A stretch of 54,092 nucleotides of DNA, from positions 1-54,092 of the forward strand of contig CAYGXU010000009.1 in the NCBI GenBank assembly GCA_964353875.1, in the 5' to 3' direction. The DNA is from an uncultured Anaerolineaceae bacterium (GTDB lineage Bacteria > Chloroflexota > Anaerolineae > Anaerolineales > E44-bin32). The translations under genes were made by a program, and so were the position numbers. Shown piece by piece: positions 53,833-54,092 of the stretch; the first letter of the stretch is position 1, and each line of letters begins with the position of its first letter. The notes beneath the pieces are model-generated. The model was given only the letters and a program-made list of their open reading frames with translations, did not search any database and had not been told where the DNA came from.

Positions 53833-54092
53833 CGCGTTTAAAAAGTCTTTTTCTACCTATCGTTTGAACGTAATTGCTAATAACGGTTTTGTGTTTTGCG
53901 GTACCCGCCCCCTGTGTTAATAGACCTGCATCATTGGCAACCCACCGCTAATAAATATGAAATCCCATACCCATTGCGGTGAGGGATTAATCCTCCTGGT
54001 ACCGGTCGAAGATCAGAAACGATCAGAAAGCGTCTTATGGTTCGGGATTGATTCTCAAACGCACATCAAGGGCAAATGCCCCTCCCTTCCCT

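Noticed and set aside
1-54092. tRNA, rRNA, tmRNA, RNase P, SRP RNA genes and mobile elements
   Set aside because: I scanned the intergenic regions for T-loop (GGTTCGAATCC-like) and other hallmark motifs, and for transposase, integrase or recombinase ORFs. None were found. The AGUCCGGAUGGAAG stretch at about 22750 superficially resembles the SRP helix 8, but it lacks the GNAR tetraloop context and sits inside the transporter leader.

Overview
This 54-kb bacterial chromosomal window has about 50% GC, is densely coding, and runs mostly on the minus strand. I found no rRNA, tRNA, CRISPR array, transposase or integrase. Gene content and repeat style tentatively suggest Chloroflexota (Anaerolineae-like), but that is inference only.

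Layout:
- 1-15.5 kb: a cell-surface glycan locus on the minus strand. It holds gmd, two GT4 and one GtrB/ArnC-like GT2 glycosyltransferase, a Wzx-like flippase, a UPF0104 flippase-like protein and two large polytopic membrane proteins. It also holds a TviB/TviC-like sugar dehydrogenase/epimerase pair, a SAM methyltransferase, an embedded HPr-kinase-like P-loop protein and duplicated small genes.
- 15.5-17.8 kb: family-4 UDG, rimI, tsaB and tsaE.
- 17.9-19.6 kb: a metallophosphoesterase and a DUF4349 lipoprotein.
- 20.0-22.9 kb: an NMT1/THI5-type ABC importer preceded by a ~290-nt structured leader.
- 23.2-28.4 kb: a divergent phosphate locus, phoU-pstB facing pstS-pstC-pstA-pstB.
- 29.0-31.6 kb: tsaC, prmC and prfA.
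- 32.0-34.4 kb: a secreted VIT+vWA protein.
- 34.7-40.2 kb: a minus-strand run with a sortase, a small membrane protein, a Cache/HAMP protein with a degenerate cyclase domain, and two paralogous membrane-anchored proteins with Thr/Pro-rich linkers.
- 40.5-54 kb: a saccharopine-dehydrogenase-like gene, a SatD/DUF3307 pair, a PD40 beta-propeller protein, comM/yifB, a MATE-like exporter and hpt. These are followed by a truncated acyl-CoA dehydrogenase, a Roadblock/LC7 protein and psuK-psuG.

Most interesting observations:
- The unclassified riboswitch-like leader, whose closing helix competes with an intrinsic terminator.
- The sortase / pseudo-cyclase / paralogous surface-protein cluster next to the VIT-vWA protein.
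- A conserved promoter plus palindromic operator block reused within the glycan locus, with a compensatory base change.
- The HprK-like kinase embedded in the glycan operon.

All functional calls come from motif recognition by eye. No database search was run.
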